Positions 9,822-19,765 are shown, counted from the stretch's first letter. The stretch: DNA of 64,000 nt from IMGVR_UViG_3300033997_000478:62001-126000, one strand, 5' to 3'. The notes: a model not told the origin generated them from the sequence alone. Made by a program: numbers and translations.

Positions 9822-11520
9822 CGAAATCTTCACATAGATTCGCTAGATCTATGTCGACGACATTTATTTTGTCGTCTGCTCCAGCTTTCACTGGATGCCG
9901 AGACTATATCTTCTACCTCTTGGGTAGGTCACTATTTCGGGACCGCTTGGTCCCTACTCCCCGCTACGGGATAGTCGTTGAACGTTCACCCTCGCAGCGT
10001 CTCACGACGGGGCGAGGTAGCTTCGCTGCTGATTGCCCATTGTAGCATCCGTCGACTTTTCAACCTTTCACGCTCGTCCTTACGGACCACGTTGTAGGGC
10101 GACGACTTTAGGGGGTTCCAGCAATTAAATGACATTCACGCTATCGATTGCTCGATAGGTGGACCTAGTTCTTCTTTCAGTTTGAAGAGGTTGAAACGAT
10201 ACTTGGATTGGTAGGTCTTCTCACCTTGAGCAAGATTGAAGACGTACACGGGCGACAAGTCGAAGTGGTGAGCTGCGGCTTGCCTGGAGGTGAAGAACTG
10301 TTCCTCATTGGTGGTGAGGTCAGTGACGACGATCCCGTCTGGTGATTTGATAGGATGGTCTTTGTAAACTGCAAGATGTCTGGCGCTGTGGTTGGGGAAT
10401 GGATCTCCACCTATCACATAGCGGAAATTGTACCCGTATGCCGGTAGGACGAGATTATCCCGAGCATGCTGGAGGATAGTGCCTGACTTTACACCGAGTA
10501 AGTCTTCCAGATGTTGGGCGCTGGTTCCGATGACGAGATCGCCAGTGAATACATTGCGGGCGACGATACCTCCGCCCGACCCATGACGACTCACCGAACC
10601 TGCATCGACTTCCGACCAGTTTGAACCGTCGTCGTATTTGAACAACAGGCGGTCGGAGAACACCTTGTTGGGACATTTACTCAACCGATACTGGATGATG
10701 TTGGGAGTCAACTTACCAGTTTGCCGATGGCATTCTGCAATACTCGGGAAGAGGTGTTCCTCGCCGGTGTTGAGGTCACGCATCCAGACAGATTGGAGAC
10801 TGGCCCTCAGGCCTGTGTCGTAGGCGTGTTGGTTATTGGTCGCATGCGTCGCCCACTCCAGGTTGTCGAGACGATCATCGCCCTTTTGACCGTTTTTATG
10901 GTTGACGACGATCTGGTTGACAGAGGCATTATATCGCTTGAACGTTAGCGACAATGCGCGATGTCTAAAAATAGTTCGACTAAAACCGCTCTCGTTGCTA
11001 ACTCTGGCGGCGCGATAACCCCCGCTGCGAACATCTTTCTCCTTCGTGACGTACCAACTCAAGACCTGCCCAGTTTCAATGTTTCTCAACTCGCCATCAC
11101 GATTGATCGCGTAGCGCGTGAAGAATGGAACGTAAAAGAATGCAGGCATTCCCTCTACTTCCAGAGGACCATGTCGAAAGCGATACGTCAGGTTTACCAC
11201 GTTGAGGTTCTTGGGGTCGCCGTCCTTAAAGAGCGGTTCGATCTCCTCCCACAGGTGCTCTTCCAGAGCAATCTGCCTATACGCTACCAGAACCACCATT
11301 CCGGCAGAGTATTTCTTTGTTCCGCCGACCCACGTCAGCTCGACCCAATGTTCACCATTTTCAAAGACAAGTGGTAGGGTTCGACCAGCACTGTCTTTGA
11401 TTTCACCGTATTGTGTCACCAAGTATCGCCGGGCTGAACCCGGCAGGTATTTCGTTTCTTCAAACATGAGATTCTCACCAAGATATGTTCACCATAACAT
11501 AGGTGAGTTAAGAACTATTA
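9822..11520 (-). mobile_element. Group I intron (IA2-like) no. 2 of the DNA polymerase gene, with HNH ORF
   Basis: Minus-strand core: P AATTGCTGGAA, Q GGCAATCAGCAGC, R GTTCAACGACTA, S AAGATATAGTCT; 5' exon ends in U (GAT), intron ends in G; splicing restores frame. Confidence 0.9.
10136..11467 (-). CDS. Intron-encoded HNH homing endonuclease
   Basis: RHRAL..TF, VNHKNGQKGDDRLDNLEWAT...N.QHA; C-terminal NUMOD1-like repeats; lower GC. Confidence 0.9.
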   Translation of the reverse strand: MFEETKYLPGSARRYLVTQYGEIKDSAGRTLPLVFENGEHWVELTWVGGTKKYSAGMVVLVAYRQIALEEHLWEEIEPLFKDGDPKNLNVVNLTYRFRHGPLEVEGMPAFFYVPFFTRYAINRDGELRNIETGQVLSWYVTKEKDVRSGGYRAARVSNESGFSRTIFRHRALSLTFKRYNASVNQIVVNHKNGQKGDDRLDNLEWATHATNNQHAYDTGLRASLQSVWMRDLNTGEEHLFPSIAECHRQTGKLTPNIIQYRLSKCPNKVFSDRLLFKYDDGSNWSEVDAGSVSRHGSGGGIVARNVFTGDLVIGTSAQHLEDLLGVKSGTILQHARDNLVLPAYGYNFRYVIGGDPFPNHSARHLAVYKDHPIKSPDGIVVTDLTTNEEQFFTSRQAAAHHFDLSPVYVFNLAQGEKTYQSKYRFNLFKLKEELGPPIEQSIA

Positions 11521-11617
11521 ATCGGCCACGTGCGCACGGCCAAAGCTCTTGATGTTAGGCAGACCCTTCAGAAGGACCAGACCGTCATCAGAGACCAGAT
11601 GGGACGGCAAGGTGACA
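11521..11617 (-). CDS. Family B DNA polymerase exon 2 (97-nt micro-exon)
   Basis: T+GTC ACC TTG CCG TCC CAT... = (I)VTLPSHLVSDDGLVLLKGLPNIKSFGRAHVAD; host-type codons between two intron cores; absent from the ORF track. Confidence 0.88.
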
Positions 11618-13102
11618 CGTTATCTTCGACCGGGGGCGTAACGCCCGGCCCGCGCCGTTACGCGCAGCTGTAGGTCTCCCTACAGACGAGACTATATCTT
11701 CCTCTCCGAGAGAGGGACACCATTTCGAGTCACTTGACTCTACAGGCTGACTAGGCCTTAGTCGTTGAACCTTCTCCTGGGTACGGAGCTTGGCTGCTGA
11801 TTGCCCAATCCTGTTCGTTGTCAAACCGTCAATACGTGCTTTCGCCGTACTTGTGGTGAACAGGCTCTAAGGGGGTTCCAGCAATTAAATGTCTTATCAC
11901 TCAGCCGTTACCGGCTGAGGGGACTTCTTTTGTATGGTAAGTTGTCTATAGCGCAATCCTTGACGGACGGCGCCTTGCCTTGCCAAGGTCGCCACGCGGA
12001 TAGGAGAGATCCCCACCTGCGTTGCTACCTCAAACTTATCACCGAAGTAGACTTCTTCATTCGTGACCGCGTCCTCTACGATAATCGCATCGGATTGTAC
12101 GTTCACTCTGCCCTTGAAGAATTCTAAATGTTTCTCTGTAAACTCAGGCCACCCTTCAAAGCCCTCAAAGTGACGAAACAACCAGCCCTTATATGGGGTT
12201 ACTGTTTTTCGACTACACTGTTGGCTAATGGTGGACTGCTGGACACCGCTGATTTCAACGGCCATGGCCATCGTCGGAACAACCACTGTCTTTTTCTCAA
12301 AGACATTGTAGATGATCAGCTCTGTATTCCGAACGGACTTATTGGCATGACTGTCCAATTCCAACCAGTCCTGATCGGCGTACTTGAACCGCCAGCCATC
12401 GTGGTAACGTTTCTGATTACCCGTGCGGGTCCGGTAAGACACCACGGTGTGACTCAAGCCCAACCGATCCACTGCTTCTTGCATGGTGTTAAAGTGCAGT
12501 TGCGAGCCAGTGCGCCAGTTCCATGCATCCACCGGTACGACCTTTTCCGAATGGAGCCCTTGGTCGTAGGCGTGCTTAACGTTCTCAGAGGGCGTGACCC
12601 ACTCTAGGTTATCCAGACGATCATCCCCTGGAATGCCATTGCGGTGGTTCACCCAACGTTCTGCCGGATGGAAGTTGTAGTCGGTGAAGGTCATTAGGAG
12701 AAGGCGATGACGTCTACCCGGTCTCTTATTACCCACGTCGTCCAATAAATTCGCCACCGCATAGCCGCCAGTGATGCGTTTTTCAGGAATAGGTTTGGTC
12801 TTTCCCCACTTCAACTCTTTAGCGGTTGAGTTACTTCTCAATCGCCCGTCACGTGAGATCAGGTAGTTGCTGAAGCCTGGAATGAAGTAGAAGCCCTTAA
12901 ACAGCCAGTGCTCTACCGGAGCTTTGAATTTGTATGTGGTGGGGCGTTCCTCGTGCTCGAGGAGGGCGATTTGATCCCAGAGTTCGGCGGGCAGGCCGAT
13001 GCTAGGGAAAAGCGCTTTGATTCTTTCTTCGGTGTTCATGTGACGCACTCGTTGTCGGTGTCACATTATAAGGCGACTTAAATACCTTTTTACTATACTG
13101 AA
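11618..13102 (-). mobile_element. Group I intron (IA2-like) no. 1 of the DNA polymerase gene, with HNH ORF
   Basis: Core: AATTGCTGGAA, GGCAATCAGCAGC, GTTCAACGACTA, AGAGTCAAGTGACTCGAAA (P7.2-like), AAGATATAGTCT; exon ends TGGAT, intron ends ...GATAACG. Confidence 0.9.
11897..13039 (-). CDS. Intron-encoded HNH homing endonuclease
   Basis: RRHRLLLMTF, VNHRNGIPGDDRLDNLEWVT.SEN..HAY; paralog of the 10136-11467 ORF; start ATG 13039 or GTG 13048. Confidence 0.9.
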   Translation of the reverse strand: MNTEERIKALFPSIGLPAELWDQIALLEHEERPTTYKFKAPVEHWLFKGFYFIPGFSNYLISRDGRLRSNSTAKELKWGKTKPIPEKRITGGYAVANLLDDVGNKRPGRRHRLLLMTFTDYNFHPAERWVNHRNGIPGDDRLDNLEWVTPSENVKHAYDQGLHSEKVVPVDAWNWRTGSQLHFNTMQEAVDRLGLSHTVVSYRTRTGNQKRYHDGWRFKYADQDWLELDSHANKSVRNTELIIYNVFEKKTVVVPTMAMAVEISGVQQSTISQQCSRKTVTPYKGWLFRHFEGFEGWPEFTEKHLEFFKGRVNVQSDAIIVEDAVTNEEVYFGDKFEVATQVGISPIRVATLARQGAVRQGLRYRQLTIQKKSPQPVTAE

Positions 13103-14535
13103 ATCCAGTCAGTGATGTCAATCACGTACTGATCGTTCTCATCGACCATCTTGTTGGACGTAGACGCTGCCACCAGACCATGCTTTTGCACCATGAAGTG
13201 CAAGTCGTCACAGGTACGACGCGGCTGGCTGGGGAAGCGCTTGTACTCGGAGAAGGTGGTCATCAGCGAGATCATCGACCGCAGGTCGGTAATCTGCTCG
13301 TCCAGAATTTCCACCGAGACGCAGTCGAAGATGTTGTAAACGCAGTATTCGATCTTGTAGTTCTTCTGCATGAACCGGTGCCACGGGCCCCTACCCGAGG
13401 TCAAGTGATCTGCTTCCTTGAACTTCAGCTTTCGAATACCCAACTCCTTCTCAAGGATGGCATCCAGACTGTAGGACGGATCCTTACCGCCGGCAATACG
13501 CAGCTTCAGGTAGACGCACATTGCATCCAGTGCGTACCACTTGGCCGGACAGATCACTTCATGCCAACGCTCTGCCGGAGCCAACGCCATGGTCTTGCCG
13601 GAGGCGGTGACCTTCTGTGCCGGACCTTCCTTGTATTCGAAGTAACGGAACTCGCGCGGGATCGAGGGATCGGAGAACACATCGGGTAGGTTGTACCCAT
13701 AGCGCTCCAGCGCCTCGATCATCTTCTTCATATCGAAGTTGATGTTCCAGAAGCTGACAAAGTCCGGACCCCATTCATGGGCGGTTTCGATGATGCGTGC
13801 CGAGCACTGGCCGGCGTTGTCGACGAACTCGATCTCCAAGTTCAGTCCACGCTGCTCGATCAGATTGACCGCCACGGTCCGTGGCTGGCTGGGGTCTTTC
13901 TTGTGCTTGGGGTTGGGTGCTTCGATGTCGCCCAGGTAGTAGTTGAACTTCTGGTAGATCTGCCGAGTGGCCTCTTCGTCGGACATGCCTTCCAAGAAGC
14001 TACGCACCACCACCAGTCGTGCCCGATCACGCATGGTGATCGAGAGCATGATGATCTCGCCGGTCTCCTCATCGAACATGTCGGTTTCCGAGTCGATCAC
14101 GGCCACCAGATTGTCCGAGACCCGATTGGGCCAACGGTTGAGGTAGTGATGCTTGATCAGTACCGGCGCTGGCACGTCCGTGCCGTAGACGTACGGACTC
14201 TGGGCAATCTGACGCAGGTCATTGCGTCCGGTCGGAATGCGACCCAAGGCACGGGTGATGGCCTGGGGCATGTTGATGTCCGAGGACTTCCATTCCTGAA
14301 GTCGCTCGATCTTTTCCCACTCCTTCTTGTCCTTATGGTTGCGATAAGGCTCTTTGGTGATGTAGAAGGGGCGCTGGTAATTGTAGATCTGCCGCAGGCG
14401 CGATTCGCGCGTACCGTCGGGCTTGTATTCGTATTCCTTGACCACCACCAGGTCATTGGGCGAGCCATCGTTGGCGGTAAAGTACAACGCGTGCTTGCAC
14501 TCAAACTCGCTCTTGGGAGGCTGCTGGTCACTCAT
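13103..14535 (-). CDS. Family B DNA polymerase (phiKZ gp82-like), exon 1: 3'-5' exonuclease domain
   Basis: ExoI IDSETD, ExoII WNINFD, YSLDAIL, ExoIII YCVYNIFD; spliced product 595 aa (13103-14535 + 11521-11617 + 9564-9821). Confidence 0.9.
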
Positions 14536-14628
14536 CTGCCTGTTACCTGTCTCTTATTGTGTCCCGGTATAGTATTGATATGAAGCGTATCTTTTCATTC
14601 TCCCTTCTCCCTCTCAGGGTCTATACCC

Positions 14629-15978
14629 ATGAAAATTCATCGTCTCCCTCCGCACCGGAGGGTCTCCATGGAGGCCCTTCAGTACCAGGGCAAGTCGATG
14701 TTCTTCTTCGATCTCATTCAGGCTGTGAACCTGGTCCGTGAAACCCACGACCTGGAAAAATTCGCAGTGGATCTGGGGAACATCATCAACCGCCACACCA
14801 AGATCTTGGTGCGCATTGTGGTGGACGAGGAGTTCGGCGCCTGCTTTGCAGAGCCGGCCTTGTTTGACGCCAGCAACCCCTACGTCAAGCTGCTCACCGC
14901 CAGCAACATCTTCGACACCAAGCTGGACCCGATCGAGCGCAATGCGCGTGCCCTGAACTTCGCAGCTGAGCTGGACGGTTGGGTGGACCTGAAGAACAAC
15001 CAGGTCGGAGGTATCTTCTCCAAGATGCTCAACACCATCCACATCAGCCGTGATGTGATCCTGCCCAATGAAGGCTATCAGCTGGCCAGCGAAGAAGCTG
15101 CCGCGGTCATCGGTCACGAGGTCGGTCACCTGTGGAGCTTCTTTGAGAAGGCGGCCAGTACGGTGGCCACCAACGTGGTGGTGGAAACGGCCACGGCCGC
15201 ACTGGCGACCACGCAGAACCCGGTCCTGCGCATGCAGATCCTGACCAAGAGCGCGGCCCGACTGGGCGCGCCTGCCAACAGCGAAACCATCAAGGCAGCT
15301 GCAGAGTCCAACGACTCGGCCGTGGTCGGCCCGCTGTTGATTCGACTGGGCGAGGAAGGTCGTCTGGAACGTCTGGGACTCAAGCCCAATACGGCCCAGG
15401 AAGCTTACCACGCTCGTTCGATCGAATACCTGGCCGATCAGTACGTGGTGCGCTTGGGTGGCGCTGTGCCGCTGGCCTCGGCCTTGCACACGCTCTCGCG
15501 CTGGCACGTGGCCGACTACGGCAAGAGCAACGCGGCCTTCCTGGCTACCCAGCTCAGCCGCTACACCCTGGTCGGCCTGATCGGTGCAGGTGCCACGCTT
15601 GTGGGCGGGCCGGCGGCGATCACCTTCTACGGTCTGATGGGACTGGTGACGCTGGTGGCCGCTGCCACGGCGCATGAAGATGACTACGACATGGACCCGA
15701 CCGAACGTTTGGGCCGTATCAAGCAGGACCTGGTACAGCTGCTCAAGATCCGCACGCTGACCACCCAGCAGCGCAAGGCCATCCTGCAAGACGTGGATGC
15801 CGTGGATGCCCTGCGCGCTGAATCCAAGTCCCACGGCGGTGTGGTGCGGTTCATCTACCGCAACATGATGCCTGCCGGTCGTCGCGCCGCCAAGGTGCGC
15901 GAATATCAGAAGGGTCTGGAAGACCTGGTCAACAACGATCTTTTCGTCATCGGTCACCGCCTCGGCGGCAGCCGCTAA
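14629..15978 (+). CDS. Virion head protein with zincin (M48-like) motifs and hydrophobic hairpin
   Basis: N-terminal RVSME processing site, HEVGH, EYLADQY, Gly-rich hydrophobic segment. Confidence 0.7.
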   Translation: MKIHRLPPHRRVSMEALQYQGKSMFFFDLIQAVNLVRETHDLEKFAVDLGNIINRHTKILVRIVVDEEFGACFAEPALFDASNPYVKLLTASNIFDTKLDPIERNARALNFAAELDGWVDLKNNQVGGIFSKMLNTIHISRDVILPNEGYQLASEEAAAVIGHEVGHLWSFFEKAASTVATNVVVETATAALATTQNPVLRMQILTKSAARLGAPANSETIKAAAESNDSAVVGPLLIRLGEEGRLERLGLKPNTAQEAYHARSIEYLADQYVVRLGGAVPLASALHTLSRWHVADYGKSNAAFLATQLSRYTLVGLIGAGATLVGGPAAITFYGLMGLVTLVAAATAHEDDYDMDPTERLGRIKQDLVQLLKIRTLTTQQRKAILQDVDAVDALRAESKSHGGVVRFIYRNMMPAGRRAAKVREYQKGLEDLVNNDLFVIGHRLGGSR

Positions 15979-15997
15979 TCTCTAGGAAACCCTCGCA

Positions 15998-16390
15998 ATG
16001 CGAAACATCGACATCATCACCCGCCTGACCGGTCTGGGCATCGCCCCGGAAGTGCAGGCTCAGTACGTCACCGCCGCTGTGGCCCGCGTGATTGCCTATC
16101 GCGCCAAGCTGCCGGCCGAACCGGACGAAGGGTTCTTCGCCAGCCAAGTCGCTCCGACCATCGCCGCTGAGCTGGACTTCTTCAACGAGTCCATCCCGCT
16201 GGACTACCAGGCCGTCACCGAACTGGTGCAGCGCCTGTGGGAAGTGCGTTACCGCATGGTGCATCCGGGCGACAACATGCGTGACTGGGCCGCGCTGGAT
16301 TTCGTGGCCAACGAAAGCGGCATCGACTTCGGCGTGCTGCGTACCGATCCGGCCCTGACGATCCTCACCAACGAACTGGCCGGCGGTTAA
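15998..16390 (+). CDS. Hypothetical (probable virion) protein
   Basis: 130-aa ORF in structural operon. Confidence 0.75.
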   Translation: MRNIDIITRLTGLGIAPEVQAQYVTAAVARVIAYRAKLPAEPDEGFFASQVAPTIAAELDFFNESIPLDYQAVTELVQRLWEVRYRMVHPGDNMRDWAALDFVANESGIDFGVLRTDPALTILTNELAGG

Positions 16391-16393
16391 GTC

Positions 16394-17503
16394 ATGACCG
16401 CTGCGGTCTCCATTGACGCAGGTTTGGCTGAGCTTGCAGGTCTGGAGTCCACCGCCAGTGTTCTACTGCGCATGCGTGACCAGTGGCAGACCCGGCAACG
16501 GGTCGGCCGTCACGAAGTGCAGATCAGCATGGAACAATTCGGCGTTGACTACGGGCCTTATAAGCTCGGTGCATTCACTGCCGAGCCCAGCGCTGCGGGC
16601 CTGACCGTGGCCATGGAGAGCATGGGCAATCGGATCCGGGAGGTCTTCCGGACGATCTTGGCCAAGCTCAAGGAACTGATCAAGCGGGTGGTTGTCGAGA
16701 TCCGCAACTACTACGACTCGATCCGTAGTAGCAAAGACGCCGAGAAGGTCAAGGACATGCCAGAGTCTGTGCGCAATGCACAGGAGCTGATCGATGCGGT
16801 GGAAGAGTACCAAGACGCTCAGCTCTCGGCACTGGCCCATCGCGTCAAGCATCGTCTGGAGGTCTACGAGACCTGGTCGGTGCTCGACTTTGACCTGCTT
16901 CAAGACGGCAAGTACACCCAGGCCATGCGTTCGCTGGCTGACCCGATCAAGGAACTGCTGCGCCGCCTGAGCGTAACTGCCGATGATCTTGACCGTGTGG
17001 AAGATGCGCAGGAGATGCGCGGTCGTCCTGAGATTTACCGTGACGTGGTCTCCCTCCCCATTCCCGCTGAAGTCAGCCGCCTGGTCAAAGGCGAAGGCTT
17101 CATGGATACGATCGTCCGTCTGGTTCATCTGTTGGACATGGAATCGGAAACCGAATCCACCGATCGCCCGGTCTTGCACAACATGCCAGCCCAGCTGCGC
17201 AAGAACCCCAACCTCACCAAACCTCTCAACCCGCACATGGACAAGATCCGTGGGCAGCTGTTGGATATGGAGCGGTTGGTGGAAAAGGCGTCGCTACTGG
17301 ATACGCGTAGTGAGTTCAGCGAAGCCCATGCCAAGGAAACCCAAGAAGGCCTGCGCCTGATCTTGGATGCAGCCACTTCGGTGCGCCTGTATGTGACTTG
17401 GTGCGGCCGTCTGCAGCACTACCGCTCCCAGCGTATCGACTTCTTGCATCGCTACGTGACCGACATCATCAAGCTGACCAGCGGCATCAACGCTCGCCAG
17501 TAA
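16394..17503 (+). CDS. Putative internal head protein (SME-processed family)
   Basis: QISMEQ/VAMES sites followed by the amphipathic helix NRIREVFRTILAKLKELIKRVV seen in the other head proteins here. Confidence 0.7.
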   Translation: MTAAVSIDAGLAELAGLESTASVLLRMRDQWQTRQRVGRHEVQISMEQFGVDYGPYKLGAFTAEPSAAGLTVAMESMGNRIREVFRTILAKLKELIKRVVVEIRNYYDSIRSSKDAEKVKDMPESVRNAQELIDAVEEYQDAQLSALAHRVKHRLEVYETWSVLDFDLLQDGKYTQAMRSLADPIKELLRRLSVTADDLDRVEDAQEMRGRPEIYRDVVSLPIPAEVSRLVKGEGFMDTIVRLVHLLDMESETESTDRPVLHNMPAQLRKNPNLTKPLNPHMDKIRGQLLDMERLVEKASLLDTRSEFSEAHAKETQEGLRLILDAATSVRLYVTWCGRLQHYRSQRIDFLHRYVTDIIKLTSGINARQ

Positions 17504-17513
17504 GCGGCATAAA

Positions 17514-17533
17514 GCCGGGCCTTCGGGCCCGGC
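17514..17533. terminator. Bidirectional terminator, C(UUCG)G hairpin
   Basis: GCCGGGCC-TTCG-GGCCCGGC between convergent genes. Confidence 0.75.
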
Positions 17534-17542
17534 CTTGTGCTG

Positions 17543-18109
17543 TCAACCCATCGACCCCATGCGGGTCATGCCGCGTGGGGTGAAGGTGTCCATCGACGTT
17601 CCACCGGAGATCGAACCACTGCGCTGCAGCGTCTTCAGCAGACCCGTACTGACGGTCAGCTTGAACTGGGTGAGCGCATGCTTCATGAGCATGCCCTCCA
17701 CCTCGCGGACAAACCGCGCGTCCATGTCCAACGCTTCGCGCCGATCCTTCGGCTCACCGTAGGAGACCGGCAAGACGTACGTCTCCACGCGCAGGGGATT
17801 GCGTTGGGAATAGGCCTGGGTGAGGCGGCGGTGGGAATTCCGACTGTAGTAGTAGTCCTGCAGCGGAATGTCGGCCACACCTGCCTGCTTGAGCTGGTGT
17901 CCGTAGGCGCCCAGCGCTGCATTGTAGGTCGAGGGCAGGGATTGACCACGGCGAAGGAACTGCACATCCACCGGTCCGTAGAAGGTGAGCGTCCAGACCT
18001 GACTCGGGTGGCCCTTGGCCCACTTCTCCGTCACACGCTGACCGGAGTGACAGCTGTAGTAGGCCGTACGAGTCAGGCCCTTGGTTTCTTCCTTCTTTTT
18101 CTTCGCCAT
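17543..18109 (-). CDS. Hypothetical protein
   Basis: Start placed at ATG 18109 (MAKKKKEETKG); host-type codon usage. Confidence 0.75.
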   Translation of the reverse strand: MAKKKKEETKGLTRTAYYSCHSGQRVTEKWAKGHPSQVWTLTFYGPVDVQFLRRGQSLPSTYNAALGAYGHQLKQAGVADIPLQDYYYSRNSHRRLTQAYSQRNPLRVETYVLPVSYGEPKDRREALDMDARFVREVEGMLMKHALTQFKLTVSTGLLKTLQRSGSISGGTSMDTFTPRGMTRMGSMG

Positions 18110-18203
18110 GATCTTGAGTTCAAAGGGATACACAACCACAAGCTGAACGTGTAAGAAATAACAACCCGCCGTTAATATTTGAAACATTACTCCTTGGTGC
18201 AAG

Positions 18204-18677
18204 ATGAGCGACAAAACCTATATCCCCGATCCGCTGCTGCCGGTCGAAGACCAGATTGCCCTGCAGACCCTCGATGACCGACTGGTGAACTACATCACCA
18301 AGATGGCACCGGGCAAAGCCAACTCCGATGCGGATCTGGCTCTGCAGCAGAAGCTGCTGATGAACAACGTGTTTGAGTACGCGCTGAACCTGCCGGCCCA
18401 CCTGTTCCACAAGGCATGGGCACAGATCCTCAACCGCGTACACCAGAACATCACCGGCTGCTTCTCGTTGGCTTACTCGGCACGCGGTCTGGCCTACATG
18501 CAGGTCGATCAGAAGACCCGCCGCAACTTCGAGCGCCTGCTGACGCTGACCTACACCACTGCCGATCCGAAGGCGCGCCAGTACTCGATCAAGCAGGTTC
18601 ATCTCGACCTGATCCTGGCCGGCCTGCCCAGCGAAGTGCAGCGGCAGAAGCTGCAAGACTTCTACACCTTCCAGTGA
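18204..18677 (+). CDS. Conserved phiKZ-like hypothetical protein
   Basis: 157-aa ORF, strong codon bias, followed by hairpins. Confidence 0.8.
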   Translation: MSDKTYIPDPLLPVEDQIALQTLDDRLVNYITKMAPGKANSDADLALQQKLLMNNVFEYALNLPAHLFHKAWAQILNRVHQNITGCFSLAYSARGLAYMQVDQKTRRNFERLLTLTYTTADPKARQYSIKQVHLDLILAGLPSEVQRQKLQDFYTFQ

Positions 18678-18684
18678 ACCATGG

Positions 18685-18743
18685 CCTCCTGCTTTCGGGC
18701 AGGAGGCTTTATGCAGCATAGACCCCCACCCGAAGGTGGGGGC
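18685..18743. terminator. Tandem terminator hairpins
   Basis: GCCTCCTGC-TTTCGG-GCAGGAGGC TTTATGC, then CCCCCACC-GAA-GGTGGGGG. Confidence 0.7.
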
Positions 18744-18914
18744 TTAGCTGTTGAATCAAGCTCTGGACCAGAGTTTAACACCACACGAGTGGTGCGTAAA
18801 ATGCTTCGGCTTACTAGCCACCCCCGCTATGAGGTGGGAGTAGGTTTACGAAGCTGCTCGGGTTTGGAAAGACTTTCGAGGGGTCTTCCAAATGATTACC
18901 AGCCGAGTAAAGAT

Positions 18915-18971
18915 TTACGAGAAGACCTCGTCAAGATCCATATCGGCCGTGGTCAGGCTCTTACCGTGCAT
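18915..18971 (-). pseudogene. Displaced original 3' end of the virion RNAP beta' gene
   Basis: Encodes MHGKSLTTADMDLDEVFS*, 47/57 nt identical to 19806-19862, with GC3-rich codons. Confidence 0.85.
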
Positions 18972-19765
18972 CATTCCAGGTAGCGGTAGTCGTCACGTCG
19001 TGGATCGCGGACGCGGTTCCAAACAGTCTTTGGGTCGATACCGAGCTCACGTGCCGCGCCAGCCACACTATCGAACTGACGATTCTCAGCGATGACTTTC
19101 TTGGCAAACGGATTGTTCCCACCAGACCAAGCCTCTTTACTTCCCTCTTTACCCCAGCGGGTACTCTGACCCTCACGGATTTTCCTCGAGCGTTCAGCGA
19201 GCTGCTCAGGGGTCATTTCCTTCAGGGCCCGACGTCGCGCAACTGCCATCTTTTCTTTCATCCCCTCACGCCCCATCACGTGGGAGATAGGAGAACGAAC
19301 ATCGGTGACAGCATTTAACAGAAGCGACTTGTCAGCGTTGTCAATGCGCCGCTTCTCGTCTTCGTAGGCCTCCTCTCGGGTGCCAAAGACGAACACGGTC
19401 AGGGTCCATTTGTCCTCGCCAGGATCTTGATCCCACAGGGCCTGCATGGCTTTGTTGTTGTGCTTTCCTTTGCGCAGACTCCAGAAGTGCGAAGCTCTGC
19501 GGTTTTGGATGTTCTGCGTGCTACCCACATAGAAACGTCCTGTCGCTTTGTGGGTGAGCCAGTACGTATACCCGATCGGAATCTTCGCTTCCTCTGCGAC
19601 CTCCGGGTACACGCCATCGTCGAAGAGCCGCCATTGCGACCACTTCGGGTCTTCACTGTAGACGCGGGCAAGGATGTAAGTCTTACTCACACCCAGTGCC
19701 CGCGCAGCTTCAGCTACTGATTTATAGATCTTGTCGTCAATGGTGACGTTGAAATAGTTCCGCAT
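18971..19765 (-). CDS. Free-standing GIY-YIG homing endonuclease
   Basis: GYTYWL...FYVGSTQN...R..SH; NUMOD1-like motifs (YKSVAEAARALG, FDSVAGAARELG) at both ends. Confidence 0.9.
   Translation of the reverse strand: MRNYFNVTIDDKIYKSVAEAARALGVSKTYILARVYSEDPKWSQWRLFDDGVYPEVAEEAKIPIGYTYWLTHKATGRFYVGSTQNIQNRRASHFWSLRKGKHNNKAMQALWDQDPGEDKWTLTVFVFGTREEAYEDEKRRIDNADKSLLLNAVTDVRSPISHVMGREGMKEKMAVARRRALKEMTPEQLAERSRKIREGQSTRWGKEGSKEAWSGGNNPFAKKVIAENRQFDSVAGAARELGIDPKTVWNRVRDPRRDDYRYLE

Noticed and set aside
9564-9833. 89-aa stand-alone hypothetical gene called by the track
   Set aside because: It is exon 3 of the DNA polymerase; the first four codons are intron sequence
11588-11824. 78-aa ORF between the two HNH genes
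   Set aside because: It overlaps the intron catalytic core; the real coding segment is the 97-nt exon in another frame
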